The notes: generated by a model not told the origin, from the sequence alone. DNA of 59,501 nt from Promethearchaeota archaeon (GCA_048938445.1 JBHLME010000008.1:1-59501), one strand, 5' to 3'. Shown: positions 29,989 to 41,184, numbered from the stretch's first letter. A program made the numbers and translations.

Positions 29989-30276
29989 AGCAACTAATCA
30001 TTAAAAATTAACTTAAATGATAAAAGGTATATTTTTTGATATATGTATAATAATTTTCAGTGTTTTAATATTCTTAATTTTTCTTAATTACATAAATTAT
30101 AATCTTATAAAACATAAATTTAAAAAATTTATAAGACTTAGAAAAAAAATTGGTTAAAATAATCAAGGTTTTCATTGAATATAAATCCAATTCTCTTTTC
30201 CGAAATAAAATATTAGGTTATTTTATTAGCAAGAATTTTTCCATTTTTATTAGAAAAATTTAGATATATAAAATCG

Positions 30277-30298
30277 TGAAATAAAAACTATTATTTTT
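30277..30298. promoter_or_regulatory. 22-bp motif copy 2 (putative operator)
   Basis: TGAAATAAAAACTATTATTTTT, about 55 bp upstream of the DUF47 gene. Confidence 0.55.
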
Positions 30299-30353
30299 AT
30301 TATTTATTTTATATATTATAGTCAAACACATAAAATAAGAACATGATTTATAG

Positions 30354-30986
30354 ATGAAGAAATTTAAAGAGCAATTAATAACCATGCTTATTGAACATTC
30401 TAAGATCATTTATTCAATAATCAGTGATATGGGAGTATATTATTCCAGTTGGGCTGGTTTAAATGGTTCAACCAAAGTAGATTTGGAAAAAAAAAAGAAT
30501 AAAATGCTTTTATCAGAAGAAGATGGAGATACAATAAAGATCCGATTGATCAAAGAGTTTGCTGAAGCAGGCGCACAAGGTTTAGGAGATTACATTGCAT
30601 TAGTTCTGAAAATGGATAATGTTATAAATACTGCACTTGAGTTTATTGATTTATTAGGGAGTATTGATAAAAATTTAAGTGATGAGATAAAGAAACGTTA
30701 TCATAAACTCATTAATTCATCGATTTTAATGGCTGATGTGTTAAAGAAGACAATTAAAAGTTTACGTGATAAACCTGAAGTTGTTTTTGAAAATACAACG
30801 AAAATCCATGAAATTGAAAATGAAATCGATGAGATTTTTAGGGAGTTCTTGAATTATTTATATAGTGATGAGGATTTGGATATAAGAACACTTCTTAGAA
30901 TTAGAGACAGTATAATTGTTTTAGAAGAACTTGCTGATAGAATTCACGATATAGCAGATGTTATTCGCGTTTTGCTATATCAATGA
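30354..30986 (+). CDS. DUF47 / PhoU-like protein
   Basis: Duplicated E-x3-D motifs (SEEDGD, IENEID), LEELADRIHDIAD. Confidence 0.82.
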   Translation: MKKFKEQLITMLIEHSKIIYSIISDMGVYYSSWAGLNGSTKVDLEKKKNKMLLSEEDGDTIKIRLIKEFAEAGAQGLGDYIALVLKMDNVINTALEFIDLLGSIDKNLSDEIKKRYHKLINSSILMADVLKKTIKSLRDKPEVVFENTTKIHEIENEIDEIFREFLNYLYSDEDLDIRTLLRIRDSIIVLEELADRIHDIADVIRVLLYQ

Positions 30987-31146
30987 AAATTAATAAAAGT
31001 TAGTTTCTATTTTCAATTTTTTTCTACATTTAGAATTTAATCATATTAAAACCATATATAGAAATCTTTATACGCCATTAATATATTATTTAATTAAATA
31101 ATACACAACAAAGTATTCATATGTTATATATTAAAAGTGAAATCTT

Positions 31147-31494
31147 ATGAACAATAAAAAGAGAAAATTTTTACTATGGTTTGGGTTAATACAAGTATTG
31201 CTAGTTATAATTGCCTATTTATCAATTAATGGGCTTATACCATTTGCAGCAGCTCAAGATCCAAATGCTGATGCACTTTCTTCAGGAATTATAGCAATAG
31301 CAGCCTCTATTGCAGTCGGACTTTCTGTTTTGGGAGCGGGTCTTGCCCTTAAAACGGTTGCAACTGCAGCAATCTCTGCAATAACCGAACGTGAAGGATC
31401 TTTTGGACAAATTCTAGTACTTGTAGCTTTAGCAGAAGCCTTGGCCATTTATGGGGTTGTAGTGGGAATTTTATTGTTGCAAAAAATTCCATGA
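31147..31494 (+). CDS. atpK: A-type ATP synthase proteolipid subunit K (c)
   Basis: Single hairpin with ion-binding Glu in ALAEALAIYG, plus an extra N-terminal hydrophobic segment. Confidence 0.92.
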   Translation: MNNKKRKFLLWFGLIQVLLVIIAYLSINGLIPFAAAQDPNADALSSGIIAIAASIAVGLSVLGAGLALKTVATAAISAITEREGSFGQILVLVALAEALAIYGVVVGILLLQKIP

Positions 31495-31536
31495 TACTTT
31501 TTTTAGACATAACTATAAGAAGAAACTAAAAGGTGT

Positions 31537-32595
31537 TTGAAAAAAACGAGTATTGTAGTTCCAAGTTATGCTTATACATATGTAAGACTTGGTTATTTAA
31601 AAAATTTGATCATGGATGATTTTACTCTACAAAAATTAAGTAGATTTAAAGACATAAAAGATTTAATTGATTATATTAAGCCATATTATCCTGGATTAAA
31701 GATTAAAGCGTTTACGATTGAAGAAATTGAAAAAGCCATATATCACATCTATATAAAGCTTATTGGGCGGATATTGCTTTTATCCCCAGATAACTTGAGA
31801 AATTTTTTAAGAGTCTATCTATTAAGATATGAAATAATGAACGTAAAATTCTTGATACTTGGAGCTATAGTTGGGATGAGAGTCCATGAAAAAGAGATTA
31901 ACATTAATTTTTTAGTTGAAAAATATTTAGAAAATACCAATTTCATAAACAATTTAATTAGTATTCAAAACTTAGAGGAAATACAGTTATATATGAAAGG
32001 AACAAGATATGAACGAGCGGTAAAAGAGGGAATTTTATATTTCAATAATACAAATGAAATATTTGTTTTAGAATCTTCTTTAGATCGCATTTATTATGAA
32101 TCATTAATAAGAGAAAAAAGATTTTACAACAAAAAAGAAAAATTAATACTTCATACTTTTATTGATTTTACTACTGAAATTTATAATATTAATATGATAT
32201 TTCGTGGAATAATAAATAATATCAATAAAGATTTATTAGCACAATTTATTATCCATAATTATCTGTTTTTAGATAATCAGAAAATATTGGAATTACTCTA
32301 CCAAAAAAACACTGAAGATTTTATAAGTTTAATCGAGTTTTATTTCAAAAAAGATGGGAGAATTAACATATTTTTGAATAAAATTCAAATCAAGAGAGAA
32401 CATTTTATTTGGTCAATTGAAGCATTATATCTCGAATATTTTTTTAAAAAACATCTGATAATTCTTGGTGATATCGAATTATCAACAATTTTCAGAATCA
32501 CAGAATTATTACTTAAAAAGGAAAAGGAAATCAAATTCAATATATTGCCTAATGTTGTAAAAATTATCCACAAAAAGTATGAACAATTACAGTAA
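31537..32595 (+). CDS. atpC: A-type ATP synthase subunit C
   Basis: YAYTYVR, YEIMNVK, ESSLDRIYY, EIYNINMIFRG; size and operon position. Confidence 0.85.
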   Translation: MKKTSIVVPSYAYTYVRLGYLKNLIMDDFTLQKLSRFKDIKDLIDYIKPYYPGLKIKAFTIEEIEKAIYHIYIKLIGRILLLSPDNLRNFLRVYLLRYEIMNVKFLILGAIVGMRVHEKEININFLVEKYLENTNFINNLISIQNLEEIQLYMKGTRYERAVKEGILYFNNTNEIFVLESSLDRIYYESLIREKRFYNKKEKLILHTFIDFTTEIYNINMIFRGIINNINKDLLAQFIIHNYLFLDNQKILELLYQKNTEDFISLIEFYFKKDGRINIFLNKIQIKREHFIWSIEALYLEYFFKKHLIILGDIELSTIFRITELLLKKEKEIKFNILPNVVKIIHKKYEQLQ

Positions 32596-32626
32596 AAGTT
32601 AAAATAATAGATCGGATTAAAATAAA

Positions 32627-32941
32627 ATGAAAATTTTCGAATGGGTTAAAGAAATTGAGGATGTTTATGATAAACTGATTGAAAAGGCAAAAATTGAAAA
32701 TGAAAATAGCCTTGAGGCATTTAAAAAACAACAACTGGAAACTATAAATTTAAACCAGAAAAAAAATAGTGAATTTATGGATTCCACTATGAAAATTATT
32801 TCAGAGGAAATTAATAATGGATTGAAAAAACACACAGATGAATTTACCAAAGCTCTTGAAAATGTTAAAAATGATTATTATAAGAATAAAAAAAAGTTAA
32901 TAGAGAAAATTATAAATCAATTTGGGTTTGATTTTGAATGA
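32627..32941 (+). CDS. atpH: A-type ATP synthase subunit H (G)
   Basis: 104-aa charged helix (VKEIEDVYDKLIEKAK) within the operon. Confidence 0.7.
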   Translation: MKIFEWVKEIEDVYDKLIEKAKIENENSLEAFKKQQLETINLNQKKNSEFMDSTMKIISEEINNGLKKHTDEFTKALENVKNDYYKNKKKLIEKIINQFGFDFE

Positions 32942-33258
32942 AAGGACAGAAAATTCATGTAATAGGTGTTGATGATATAAATATTTTATTTAGACTTTTG
33001 GGTATAAAAGGGACAGTTATTAAAGATGCTTCTGAATTTTTACACATATTTAAGGAAAAAATTAATAACCCCGCTATTGGAATGATAATCGTTGCTCTCA
33101 ATTTACCTCAAGAGTTAATCGAATATATTATAGACTTTAAATTAAATAATATTTCACCATTTGTTTATTATTTACCTGATATTTTTCAACCAAATATCGA
33201 AAAAGAAGATTTATTTTTAGATCAAATTATTAAATCAATTAAAAAAATCATTGCATAA
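32938..33258 (+). CDS. atpF: A-type ATP synthase subunit F
   Basis: KIHVIGVDD...FRLLGI...IGMIIV...LP. Confidence 0.88.
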   Translation: MKGQKIHVIGVDDINILFRLLGIKGTVIKDASEFLHIFKEKINNPAIGMIIVALNLPQELIEYIIDFKLNNISPFVYYLPDIFQPNIEKEDLFLDQIIKSIKKIIA

Positions 33259-33321
33259 TGGGTAATAAAAATTTCTGAAGAAACAAATTTAAAAGAGAGT
33301 TTTGGAAATTTAGGTAAATTT

Positions 33322-34002
33322 ATGATTGATAAAGCTCAAGATGAAATAAAGAAAATGAATCAGAAGCTTTTATTTCAGAAAGCAGAATTAAAAAAAAAAT
33401 ATAAAACTGATTTAATCTCGGATATTCGAGAAACTCAAAAATCATTCGAAGAATATTGTGAACAATTTTTTAATGACTCTTTAAACTCTACTTTAATAGA
33501 ACTGAATAACAAATTTCTAAATATAAAGCGAGAAATAGTAGAAGAATTAAATAATGAAATAATTAAATTAACAAAAGAAAAAATCAAAAGTGATTATTCG
33601 AAATATATAAATTACCTAATTGAAAAGATTAAAGAAGTTATAAAATTAATTAATGTAAATTTTCCTGCTAGCATAATATTTAACTCGAGAGATTATGAAT
33701 ATTTTCATAATGAAAATAACTTCAAAAAAATTCAGGATTTATTTAAGTCATCTCTAAAAATTAAAAAAAGTCCCAATGATTTTATAGGAGGTTTTATAAT
33801 GGAAATTTCTAAGCTAAATCTCTCCTATAATAGTACTATTGAAAATATATTAAATAAGAATTCTTCTCTTTTTGAAATTGAGCTCTCAAAGATCATCTCA
33901 GATGAAAAAATTGAAAAAATTAAAAATAGTTTAACTGAGTTTATTAACAATCAAAAAATTGAAATAAACATAATAAAAAGTCAATTAAATAACTATGAAT
34001 AA
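33322..34002 (+). CDS. atpE: A-type ATP synthase subunit E (may start at ATT 33271)
   Basis: N-terminal coiled coil, DFIGGFIME..SYNSTIE; lies between F and A. Confidence 0.8.
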   Translation: MIDKAQDEIKKMNQKLLFQKAELKKKYKTDLISDIRETQKSFEEYCEQFFNDSLNSTLIELNNKFLNIKREIVEELNNEIIKLTKEKIKSDYSKYINYLIEKIKEVIKLINVNFPASIIFNSRDYEYFHNENNFKKIQDLFKSSLKIKKSPNDFIGGFIMEISKLNLSYNSTIENILNKNSSLFEIELSKIISDEKIEKIKNSLTEFINNQKIEINIIKSQLNNYE

Positions 34003-35845
34003 ATTGAAGAATAATCCTAAATTTGGCTACATTTCAGCAATTAATGGATCCTTAATTGAAATTAAAGGTTTTGAAGATGAGATTCAAATTCATAATATGA
34101 TTGAAGTAGTTGAACATAATATTATTGGTGAGGTAATACAGATCTATTCAAATCGTGTAATTGCACAATGTTTTGAAAATACTAATCTGTTAAAATTGAA
34201 AGATAAAGTGATTGATCTTAAAGAACCGATATCTATGGAATTAGCACCAGGTTTATTAGCAAACATTTTTGATGGTATTCAAAGACCATTAGAAAGTATT
34301 TTTTCTAAATTAAAAGGGAATGGTTTTTTAGAGAGAGGTATAAAATTACCTTCATTATCGCGTACAAAGAAATGGCACTTCGTTCCAATGAAAAAAAAAG
34401 GAGATAAAGTCGAAGCAGGAGATATTATTGGTACAGTTCAAGAAACACTTCTTATCAAACATAAGGTAATGATTCCCCCAGGTATTTTTGGTAATTTAAC
34501 TTTTATTGCAAATGAAGGAGATTTTACAATAGTTGATGAAATTTATAAAATAAAAGATTCTACAGAAGAAAAATCATATAGTATGTTACAGAAATGGCCT
34601 ATAAATATTAATAGACCATATAAAAAAAGAATTAAACCCATGGAACCTCTAATAACTGGATTGAGAGTTATAGATTTATTATTTCCACTTGCAAAAGGTG
34701 GGACTGTTGCGGTACCAGGAGGTTTTGGAACAGGGAAAACCGTTATTCAGCAGAGTTTAGCTAAATGGAGTGATGCTGATGTAATCATTTATTGCGGTGT
34801 TGGTGAGCGAGGTAATGAAATTGCAGATGTGTTATCCCAGTTTAAAGAAATTATAGATCCTAAGAGCGGTCGCCCTTTATTAGAAAGGATTGTTATTATT
34901 GCAAATACTTCTAATATGCCTGTTTCTGCTCGAGAGGCAAGTATTTTTTCTGGAGTCACAATAGGAGAATATTATAGAGATATGGGTTATAATGTTGCTG
35001 TTTTAGCAGATAGTACTTCACGTTGGGCAGAAGCTTTAAGAGAAATCTCCGGTTTATTAGAAGAAATGCCCGCAGAAGAGGGTTATCCCGCATATTTACC
35101 TTCTAAACTTTCAAGCTTTTACGAAAGAGCTGGTTTAGTTCATATTTTGGGTAGTCATCAATCTGATAGCGAAAGATTAGGTTCCTTGACAATAATAGGT
35201 TCAGTTTCACCTCCCTCAGGAGATTTTAGTGAACCTGTTACAGCTACTACTAAACGTTTTGTGCAAGCATTTTGGGCTTTGGATGCCGCTTTAGCTTATT
35301 CGAAACATTATCCCGCAATTAATTGGTTACGTTCTTATTCTAATTATCCAGACTATCTTTCTGATTGGTGGAAGGAAAGAGACTATGAATGGGAGGAATT
35401 GAAAAATATGGATTGGAATAAATGTAGAATTCAAATAAATACGATATTATCAACCGAAAATGAATTAAAAAATATTACTCAATTAATTGGTAAGGAAAAT
35501 TTACCAGAAGACCAACAATTAATCCTTTTTATTGGAAATCTAATTAGAAATAGTTTTCTCATTCAAAGTGCATTTGATAAAATTGATTCATTTACTCAAA
35601 TTAATAAATTATTATTTCATATCAAATTATTACTTCTCCTTTATGATGAAGGAAAAGAGCTTCTTAAATCTGGATTTTTAATGGAAGATATCACAAAATT
35701 TGGAGTAATTGATGAAATTCTAAGAATTAGTACATCCATACCTAATGAAGAATATGAAAAAATCTTAAAAATAAAAAATAAATTGCTAAAAGAAATTGAA
35801 TCATTAAAAATGATGTTTGGTGAAAGTCGTGAGCGTCTCATATAG
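33995..35845 (+). CDS. atpA: A-type ATP synthase catalytic subunit A
   Basis: [53 protein letters not shown]; no intein. Confidence 0.97.
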   Translation: MNKLKNNPKFGYISAINGSLIEIKGFEDEIQIHNMIEVVEHNIIGEVIQIYSNRVIAQCFENTNLLKLKDKVIDLKEPISMELAPGLLANIFDGIQRPLESIFSKLKGNGFLERGIKLPSLSRTKKWHFVPMKKKGDKVEAGDIIGTVQETLLIKHKVMIPPGIFGNLTFIANEGDFTIVDEIYKIKDSTEEKSYSMLQKWPININRPYKKRIKPMEPLITGLRVIDLLFPLAKGGTVAVPGGFGTGKTVIQQSLAKWSDADVIIYCGVGERGNEIADVLSQFKEIIDPKSGRPLLERIVIIANTSNMPVSAREASIFSGVTIGEYYRDMGYNVAVLADSTSRWAEALREISGLLEEMPAEEGYPAYLPSKLSSFYERAGLVHILGSHQSDSERLGSLTIIGSVSPPSGDFSEPVTATTKRFVQAFWALDAALAYSKHYPAINWLRSYSNYPDYLSDWWKERDYEWEELKNMDWNKCRIQINTILSTENELKNITQLIGKENLPEDQQLILFIGNLIRNSFLIQSAFDKIDSFTQINKLLFHIKLLLLLYDEGKELLKSGFLMEDITKFGVIDEILRISTSIPNEEYEKILKIKNKLLKEIESLKMMFGESRERLI

Positions 35846-37220
35846 TAAAATAGAACAAATTATTGGTCCCTTAATATTTTTAAAAAATCAACATGATATC
35901 GAATATGGGGAGCGTGTTCTAATTCAAACCAGTAATGGACAAATAAAAAATGGAGAAGTCATAAAAATTAACCAAGAATTTATTGTCATTGAAGTTTTTG
36001 AAGATACTATGGGTTTGTCTGCAAGTAATTCAGAAATTATTTTTACCGGAGAACCCTTTAAAGTCGAAATATCTAAAGATATGTTAGGAAAGACATTTAA
36101 TTCATTTGGAAAACCAATTGACGTCAAAACGAAAGAAATCTTAGATCTAAACATCGTTGCTGATGTGGTAAGAGACATAAATGGGTCGCCAATTAATCCC
36201 TTTGCTCGCGAATATCCCTCTGATGTCATACAAACTGGTATTTCTGTAATAGATGGACTATTCACTTTAATAAGAGGTCAAAAATTGCCAATTTTTAGTG
36301 GTCAAGGAATTCCTCATAATAAATTAGCAGCTCAAATTGTTACTCAATCAAAAGTTTTAACTGAGGAATCTTTTCTAATTATTTTTTGTGGGATTGGAAT
36401 TATTCAAGATGAGGTCTCTTATTTCTTAGAACGGTTTGAAAAAAGCGGAAATCGAGAACGTATTATTTCATTTATAAATTTTGCGGATGATAGCATAATG
36501 GAAAGGTTAATAATTCCGAGGGTTGCTTTAACAACTGCAGAATATTTTGCTTTCGAAAAAGACATGCACGTACTTGTAATATTAACTGATATGACAAATT
36601 ATGCTGAGGCATTAAGAGAATTAAGTTCCGCAAAAGAAGAAATTCCAAGTAGAAAAGGATATCCAGGATATTTATATTCTGACTTTGCATCAATATTTGA
36701 AAGGACTGGAAAAATAAAAGGTAAAAAAGGATCTATAACACAAATTCCGATTTTAACAATGCCAAATGATGATATCTCACATCCAATTGCTGATACAGCT
36801 GGTTATATAACCGAAGGGCAATTAGTTTTAGATAGAAATTTATATAAAAAAGGCATTTATCCTCCATTTGAAGTTTTAGCGTCTATTTCTAGATTAATGA
36901 AAGATGCTATAGGAAAAAAAAATACTAGGGAAGATCATGCTGACGTAAGTTCCCAATTATTGGCTTCATATTCAAGTGCACTTGAAGTTAAAGATCTTAT
37001 CTCCATTATAGGAGAAGATGGATTAAATCTTGAACAAAAAGCTTTAATTAAATTTGGGCAATTATTTGAGAATGAATTCTTAAATCAAGGATATTCTGAG
37101 AATCGTAATTTTGAAAAGACATTAAATATTGCTTGGAATGTACTTTCAGTCTTACCATTAAGTCAACTTTTTAGAATTCATGAGAAATTTATTACTAACT
37201 ATTATAAAGAAATGGTGTAA
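35817..37220 (+). CDS. atpB: A-type ATP synthase subunit B
   Basis: [44 protein letters not shown]. True start may be GTG 35829. Confidence 0.97.
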   Translation: MVKVVSVSYSKIEQIIGPLIFLKNQHDIEYGERVLIQTSNGQIKNGEVIKINQEFIVIEVFEDTMGLSASNSEIIFTGEPFKVEISKDMLGKTFNSFGKPIDVKTKEILDLNIVADVVRDINGSPINPFAREYPSDVIQTGISVIDGLFTLIRGQKLPIFSGQGIPHNKLAAQIVTQSKVLTEESFLIIFCGIGIIQDEVSYFLERFEKSGNRERIISFINFADDSIMERLIIPRVALTTAEYFAFEKDMHVLVILTDMTNYAEALRELSSAKEEIPSRKGYPGYLYSDFASIFERTGKIKGKKGSITQIPILTMPNDDISHPIADTAGYITEGQLVLDRNLYKKGIYPPFEVLASISRLMKDAIGKKNTREDHADVSSQLLASYSSALEVKDLISIIGEDGLNLEQKALIKFGQLFENEFLNQGYSENRNFEKTLNIAWNVLSVLPLSQLFRIHEKFITNYYKEMV

Positions 37221-37224
37221 TTTT

Positions 37225-37887
37225 ATTAGTTTTCGAGAAGTTAAACCTACTAAAGCAAATCTTATAAATTTACAAAAACGCTTGAGTTTTGCAAGAAGAG
37301 GAAAAAATTTTTTAGAGTTTAAAAGAGAAATGTTAATGTTTCAAGTTAAAAAAAATTATTCTGATTATGTATCTTACAGAAATGAATTTATTCAACTATT
37401 TAAGAATACATTGAAAAAATTAAATCAAACCTATAAAGAAATGGGCAAAAACAATGTGATTATGATTAGTAAAATAAGCACTATTCAATATAACCCTAAA
37501 ATCGATATAAAACATGTCAGAGACATTGGAATAAACGTTTCAAAAATAAATTATGAATTAATACAAGAAAAAGAGCTCCCTGCGTATTCATTTGAAAATT
37601 CCAGCCATTATTTAGATGAATTAATGGTTTTATTAAAATTTTTTTTTGAAAGACTAATCAAATTAGCAGAAAAAGAGGATTCAATGCTTACTTTTGCGTA
37701 TCATTTTAAAAAAATAGATCGACGTATAAATGGATTAGATAATATTATTATTCCTAACTTACAAGAGGATATTAACAAAATAAAAAAAATTTTAGAAGAA
37801 TTAGAGCGAGAGAGTTTTGTTCGTTTAAAAAAAACTAAAAATTTAATAAATAAAAAACTTGCTGCGAAAATAGGAAATAAACAATGA
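37225..37887 (+). CDS. atpD: A-type ATP synthase subunit D (probable ATT start; ORF track gives 37180)
   Basis: VKPTKANL, LEFKRE, RRINGLDNIIIP, LEELERESFVRLK. Confidence 0.92.
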   Translation: MSFREVKPTKANLINLQKRLSFARRGKNFLEFKREMLMFQVKKNYSDYVSYRNEFIQLFKNTLKKLNQTYKEMGKNNVIMISKISTIQYNPKIDIKHVRDIGINVSKINYELIQEKELPAYSFENSSHYLDELMVLLKFFFERLIKLAEKEDSMLTFAYHFKKIDRRINGLDNIIIPNLQEDINKIKKILEELERESFVRLKKTKNLINKKLAAKIGNKQ

Positions 37888-40127
37888 AAGATTCTAATTT
37901 AATGTGTTTGTTTAAGGTCATAATACTAAATGATGAAAAAGATAACTTTTTGAATTATCTAGCAGGATTGAATTTAGTTCATATTAAAGAAAATAAAAAA
38001 ACTACAGTTAAGGAGAAAATTACTGATAAAAATACTTTAGAGCAAAAGGTCAGAAAATTAAGTGATAATTTAAATTCATTTTTTGATAAAATTGGAATTT
38101 CAGAGAATACTTTTGAGAATTATAAAATTAAAACAGAATCAAGATCAAAATTTAACGTTAAAGATTTAGGTGAATTGATATATCATATTTCTGATGAATT
38201 AAATTTTTTTATAAATAGATATAATGAATTAGAAAGATATATTGCAATAGCTAAGATCGAATTAGAGAACTTGACATTAATCAAAAAAAGTTACATCTTT
38301 CTAGAAAAATTTAATTTGAAGAGGAGTAGTTTATCTGTCTTTAATCATTTAGATTTTAAAGTTTATTCAACTTTTAAGAAAAATATTGAAATTTTAAATC
38401 ATCTATTAAATATTACTGAATTTCCAAATGTTTATCAAATTTCCTCAATTTCAGATGAAAGTATCGTATTTTATGTTATCTATCCAAAAGATCATGAAGA
38501 AGAATTAAAAAATAGGATAAATATAATTCATGCTGAAGAAATACCTATATTAAAAAAGTACCTAACAACTGAGGGAATAAATTTTACCAGAATTGTAAAT
38601 GAATTAGAGATTGTAGAAAATACGCTAGCCAAAGATGAAAAAGAAATAAGAAAAATTAGAGACGATAACCTGCATAAATTTGCTGCATTTAATGAAATAA
38701 TAAATAATATTGAACAATATCTATGGGCAGAAAAACAGTTTGAAGAATACTCATCACAATATTCTGCTATTGAATTTTATGCCCCTTTAAGAGTTAAGGA
38801 TAAATTAATTTATGGTTTAAATTCAAAATATAAAGAAAAAATCCAAATAGAATCTTCAATCTTAGCAAAACATCCTGTTAAACTCAAAAAAACAAAAAAC
38901 AAGGAAATAAAAATTGATAAGATAAATAAAGTAAAAAGTGCAGAAACATATTCTAATTTGGATGACATTGAAGAAATTGATTCAAGTCAAGAAAAATCAA
39001 CTCCAACTTTAATAAAGAGACACTCATTTTTTATAAGACCATTTGAAAGTCTAACGAAAATGTATGGTGTTCCCTCATATGCAGAGGTTGATCCAACACC
39101 ATTTTTAGCGATAACATTTCCTGTTTTATTTGGCTTAATGTTTGGAGATATTGGACATGGGATGGTACTTATCATTGCCGGATTACTTGGGGCCTTGATT
39201 TTTAAGAGGAAAAAAGGAAAGACCTTTTATAACTTTTGTTGGATTATTTTTTACTGTGGTTGGGGTGCCATTTTAGGAGGATTATTATATGGTGAATTTT
39301 TCGGTGGTGAATACATATTTAATTTAAAACTAATAGGAATTTGGGAAAATCCTTTAGGAGAAAATTTAACTTATACTCTTTGGTTCGTTATTTTGGTAGG
39401 AGTATTTCATATAAATCTGGGATGGACCATACAAGCTTTTAATTATTGGAGACAACATCGTAAATATATGGCTTTTTCTGATTCAATAGTAAAGATTTTG
39501 CTTCTTTCTGGAGGAACTTATCTTTTATTTTTCTATGGTTTTGATATTAATTCTTGGACAAGCTTTCCTTACCCTATTTTATTACCTTTAATTCCAGGAT
39601 TGTTACTAATAGTTTTAAAGCCATTAGGTAAAGTTTTGGGTGTATCCTATTTAAAAACAGAATCATTTGGAAGTTTAATGGGTGAAGGATCATTAGAAGC
39701 ATTTGAAACGCTATTATCCGTTCTTAGTAATGCGGCATCCTATATAAGATTGTTAGCTTTAGCTTTAGCTCATCTAGCATTACTGATCACGATTGAAGCA
39801 CTGGTAAATCTGATTTCAGGAGGGGGAATTGCCGAGATTTTCAGAATTATTGTCCTGATCCTTGGAAACTTTCTTGTGATTTTAATAGAAGGATTACTTG
39901 CTTTTATTAATAATTTAAGGTTGCATTTTTATGAGTTTTTCTTCAAATTCTTTAAAGGTTCTGGAATTGAATTCACTCCCTTTTTTTTAAATAATCAATA
40001 TTCTGAAATCGTGTTTAAAGTTGAAGAGGATATCGTTTCGGAAGAAATTGAAAAGGAAATTGTTTCCAAAATAGATGAGAGTTATGTTATGGATGCAAAA
40101 AAATATCTTAACGATAAATTTTCCTAG
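37884..40127 (+). CDS. atpI: A-type ATP synthase subunit I (a)
   Basis: YGVPSYAEVDPTP, FGLMFGDIGHG, essential Arg in SYIRLLAL, LRLHFYEFF. Confidence 0.96.
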   Translation: MKDSNLMCLFKVIILNDEKDNFLNYLAGLNLVHIKENKKTTVKEKITDKNTLEQKVRKLSDNLNSFFDKIGISENTFENYKIKTESRSKFNVKDLGELIYHISDELNFFINRYNELERYIAIAKIELENLTLIKKSYIFLEKFNLKRSSLSVFNHLDFKVYSTFKKNIEILNHLLNITEFPNVYQISSISDESIVFYVIYPKDHEEELKNRINIIHAEEIPILKKYLTTEGINFTRIVNELEIVENTLAKDEKEIRKIRDDNLHKFAAFNEIINNIEQYLWAEKQFEEYSSQYSAIEFYAPLRVKDKLIYGLNSKYKEKIQIESSILAKHPVKLKKTKNKEIKIDKINKVKSAETYSNLDDIEEIDSSQEKSTPTLIKRHSFFIRPFESLTKMYGVPSYAEVDPTPFLAITFPVLFGLMFGDIGHGMVLIIAGLLGALIFKRKKGKTFYNFCWIIFYCGWGAILGGLLYGEFFGGEYIFNLKLIGIWENPLGENLTYTLWFVILVGVFHINLGWTIQAFNYWRQHRKYMAFSDSIVKILLLSGGTYLLFFYGFDINSWTSFPYPILLPLIPGLLLIVLKPLGKVLGVSYLKTESFGSLMGEGSLEAFETLLSVLSNAASYIRLLALALAHLALLITIEALVNLISGGGIAEIFRIIVLILGNFLVILIEGLLAFINNLRLHFYEFFFKFFKGSGIEFTPFFLNNQYSEIVFKVEEDIVSEEIEKEIVSKIDESYVMDAKKYLNDKFS

Positions 40128-40159
40128 TTTAATTTCCTATAATTTATCAATAAAAATAT

Positions 40160-40579
40160 TTGTTAACAATGAGCGAACAAAATAATAATGATAATAACAA
40201 ATATAATATAAGAATTAGGTCAATTATTTTTATACTATATGTCTTATTGCTTTTTTACCTCTTCTTAGTCTTTATAAATATAGGAATGAATGCAATTTTA
40301 GTTATGGTAATATTAATCTTTTTTCTATTATTGATGATTGGTCCTATATTCTACGGTTTTAAAAGTCCTTTTTATTCTAGATTGTTTCAAAAAAAATCAA
40401 AAAAAGTATGGACTGAAAAACAAAAAAAAATAGATCCTTCCAAATCAAAAACACCAAGACCGTTTGGAACTGAAATAAAATTTCGAAAACCATTAATTCG
40501 TAAATGTCCAGGTTGTGGTATGACCGTTGCGAATTTTGTAAAAAAATGTCCTCAATGCGGTACTATTATTATGAGTTAG
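40160..40579 (+). CDS. Membrane protein with C-terminal zinc ribbon
   Basis: Two TMs followed by CPGCG-x8-CPQCG. Confidence 0.75.
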   Translation: MLTMSEQNNNDNNKYNIRIRSIIFILYVLLLFYLFLVFINIGMNAILVMVILIFFLLLMIGPIFYGFKSPFYSRLFQKKSKKVWTEKQKKIDPSKSKTPRPFGTEIKFRKPLIRKCPGCGMTVANFVKKCPQCGTIIMS

Positions 40580-41184
40580 GGCTTAAACCATTCAAAAAAA
40601 TAATAAGAGCAAGTCAGAGGGTTAGCAATGACAAATTTTTTCCTCACTGAAGTTGCTAATCTACCTGCTCTGACCATATCAATAGCCGATATTTTTGAAT
40701 CATTAGGTAAAACATGAACAATGAAAGAAGAATGTTCTAATCCTGGTCCTCTTTTATAAACAACAAAATCTGCTCCAAATTTTAATCCTGGTCGGGGAAC
40801 ATATCCTTTTTCACGCAGATCTTTATAAATAATATATTTATCTTCAAATTTATGGTGAATAGTTTTAGCCAACTCATAAAATTCATCAGAGGATAAAAAT
40901 TTTTTACTCTTGACATCAAAAATGGTTATTTTATCTTTAGAAATTAAATAGTATGCTTCTATTAAAGAAAGTTCTGAGGGACGTCGGAAAAATTCTATCC
41001 TTGGTTTAGCTATACCTAAAGGACTACCAAAAAAATTGTATTTTACATAAAGATACGAAGCATGAACAGGATCAAATACTATAACTCTCGAATTTATCAA
41101 TTTTGTGGGTATCTTTTCAAGGATATCAAAAACTTCGGGTATCTTTTCTTCTTGAATATCAACTGAGTCGTTTTCTTTATTCAT
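40576..41184 (-). CDS. endA: tRNA-splicing endonuclease, catalytic subunit
   Basis: LSLIEAYYL, YKDLREKGY, GLKFGADFVVY..GPGLEHS, RLATSVRK (Tyr/His/Lys triad). Confidence 0.95.
   Translation of the reverse strand: MNKENDSVDIQEEKIPEVFDILEKIPTKLINSRVIVFDPVHASYLYVKYNFFGSPLGIAKPRIEFFRRPSELSLIEAYYLISKDKITIFDVKSKKFLSSDEFYELAKTIHHKFEDKYIIYKDLREKGYVPRPGLKFGADFVVYKRGPGLEHSSFIVHVLPNDSKISAIDMVRAGRLATSVRKKFVIANPLTCSYYFFEWFKP

Noticed and set aside
29187-30298. 22-bp direct repeats as att sites or target-site duplication of a mobile element
   Set aside because: The enclosed 1.1 kb holds only a VIT1 paralog, with no recombinase or terminal inverted repeats.
33258-33278. ATG at 33258 as atpE start requiring a frameshift
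   Set aside because: That frame stops after 6 codons; in-frame ATT 33271 or ATG 33322 explains the gene more simply, though a 1-bp error in the A5 run is possible.
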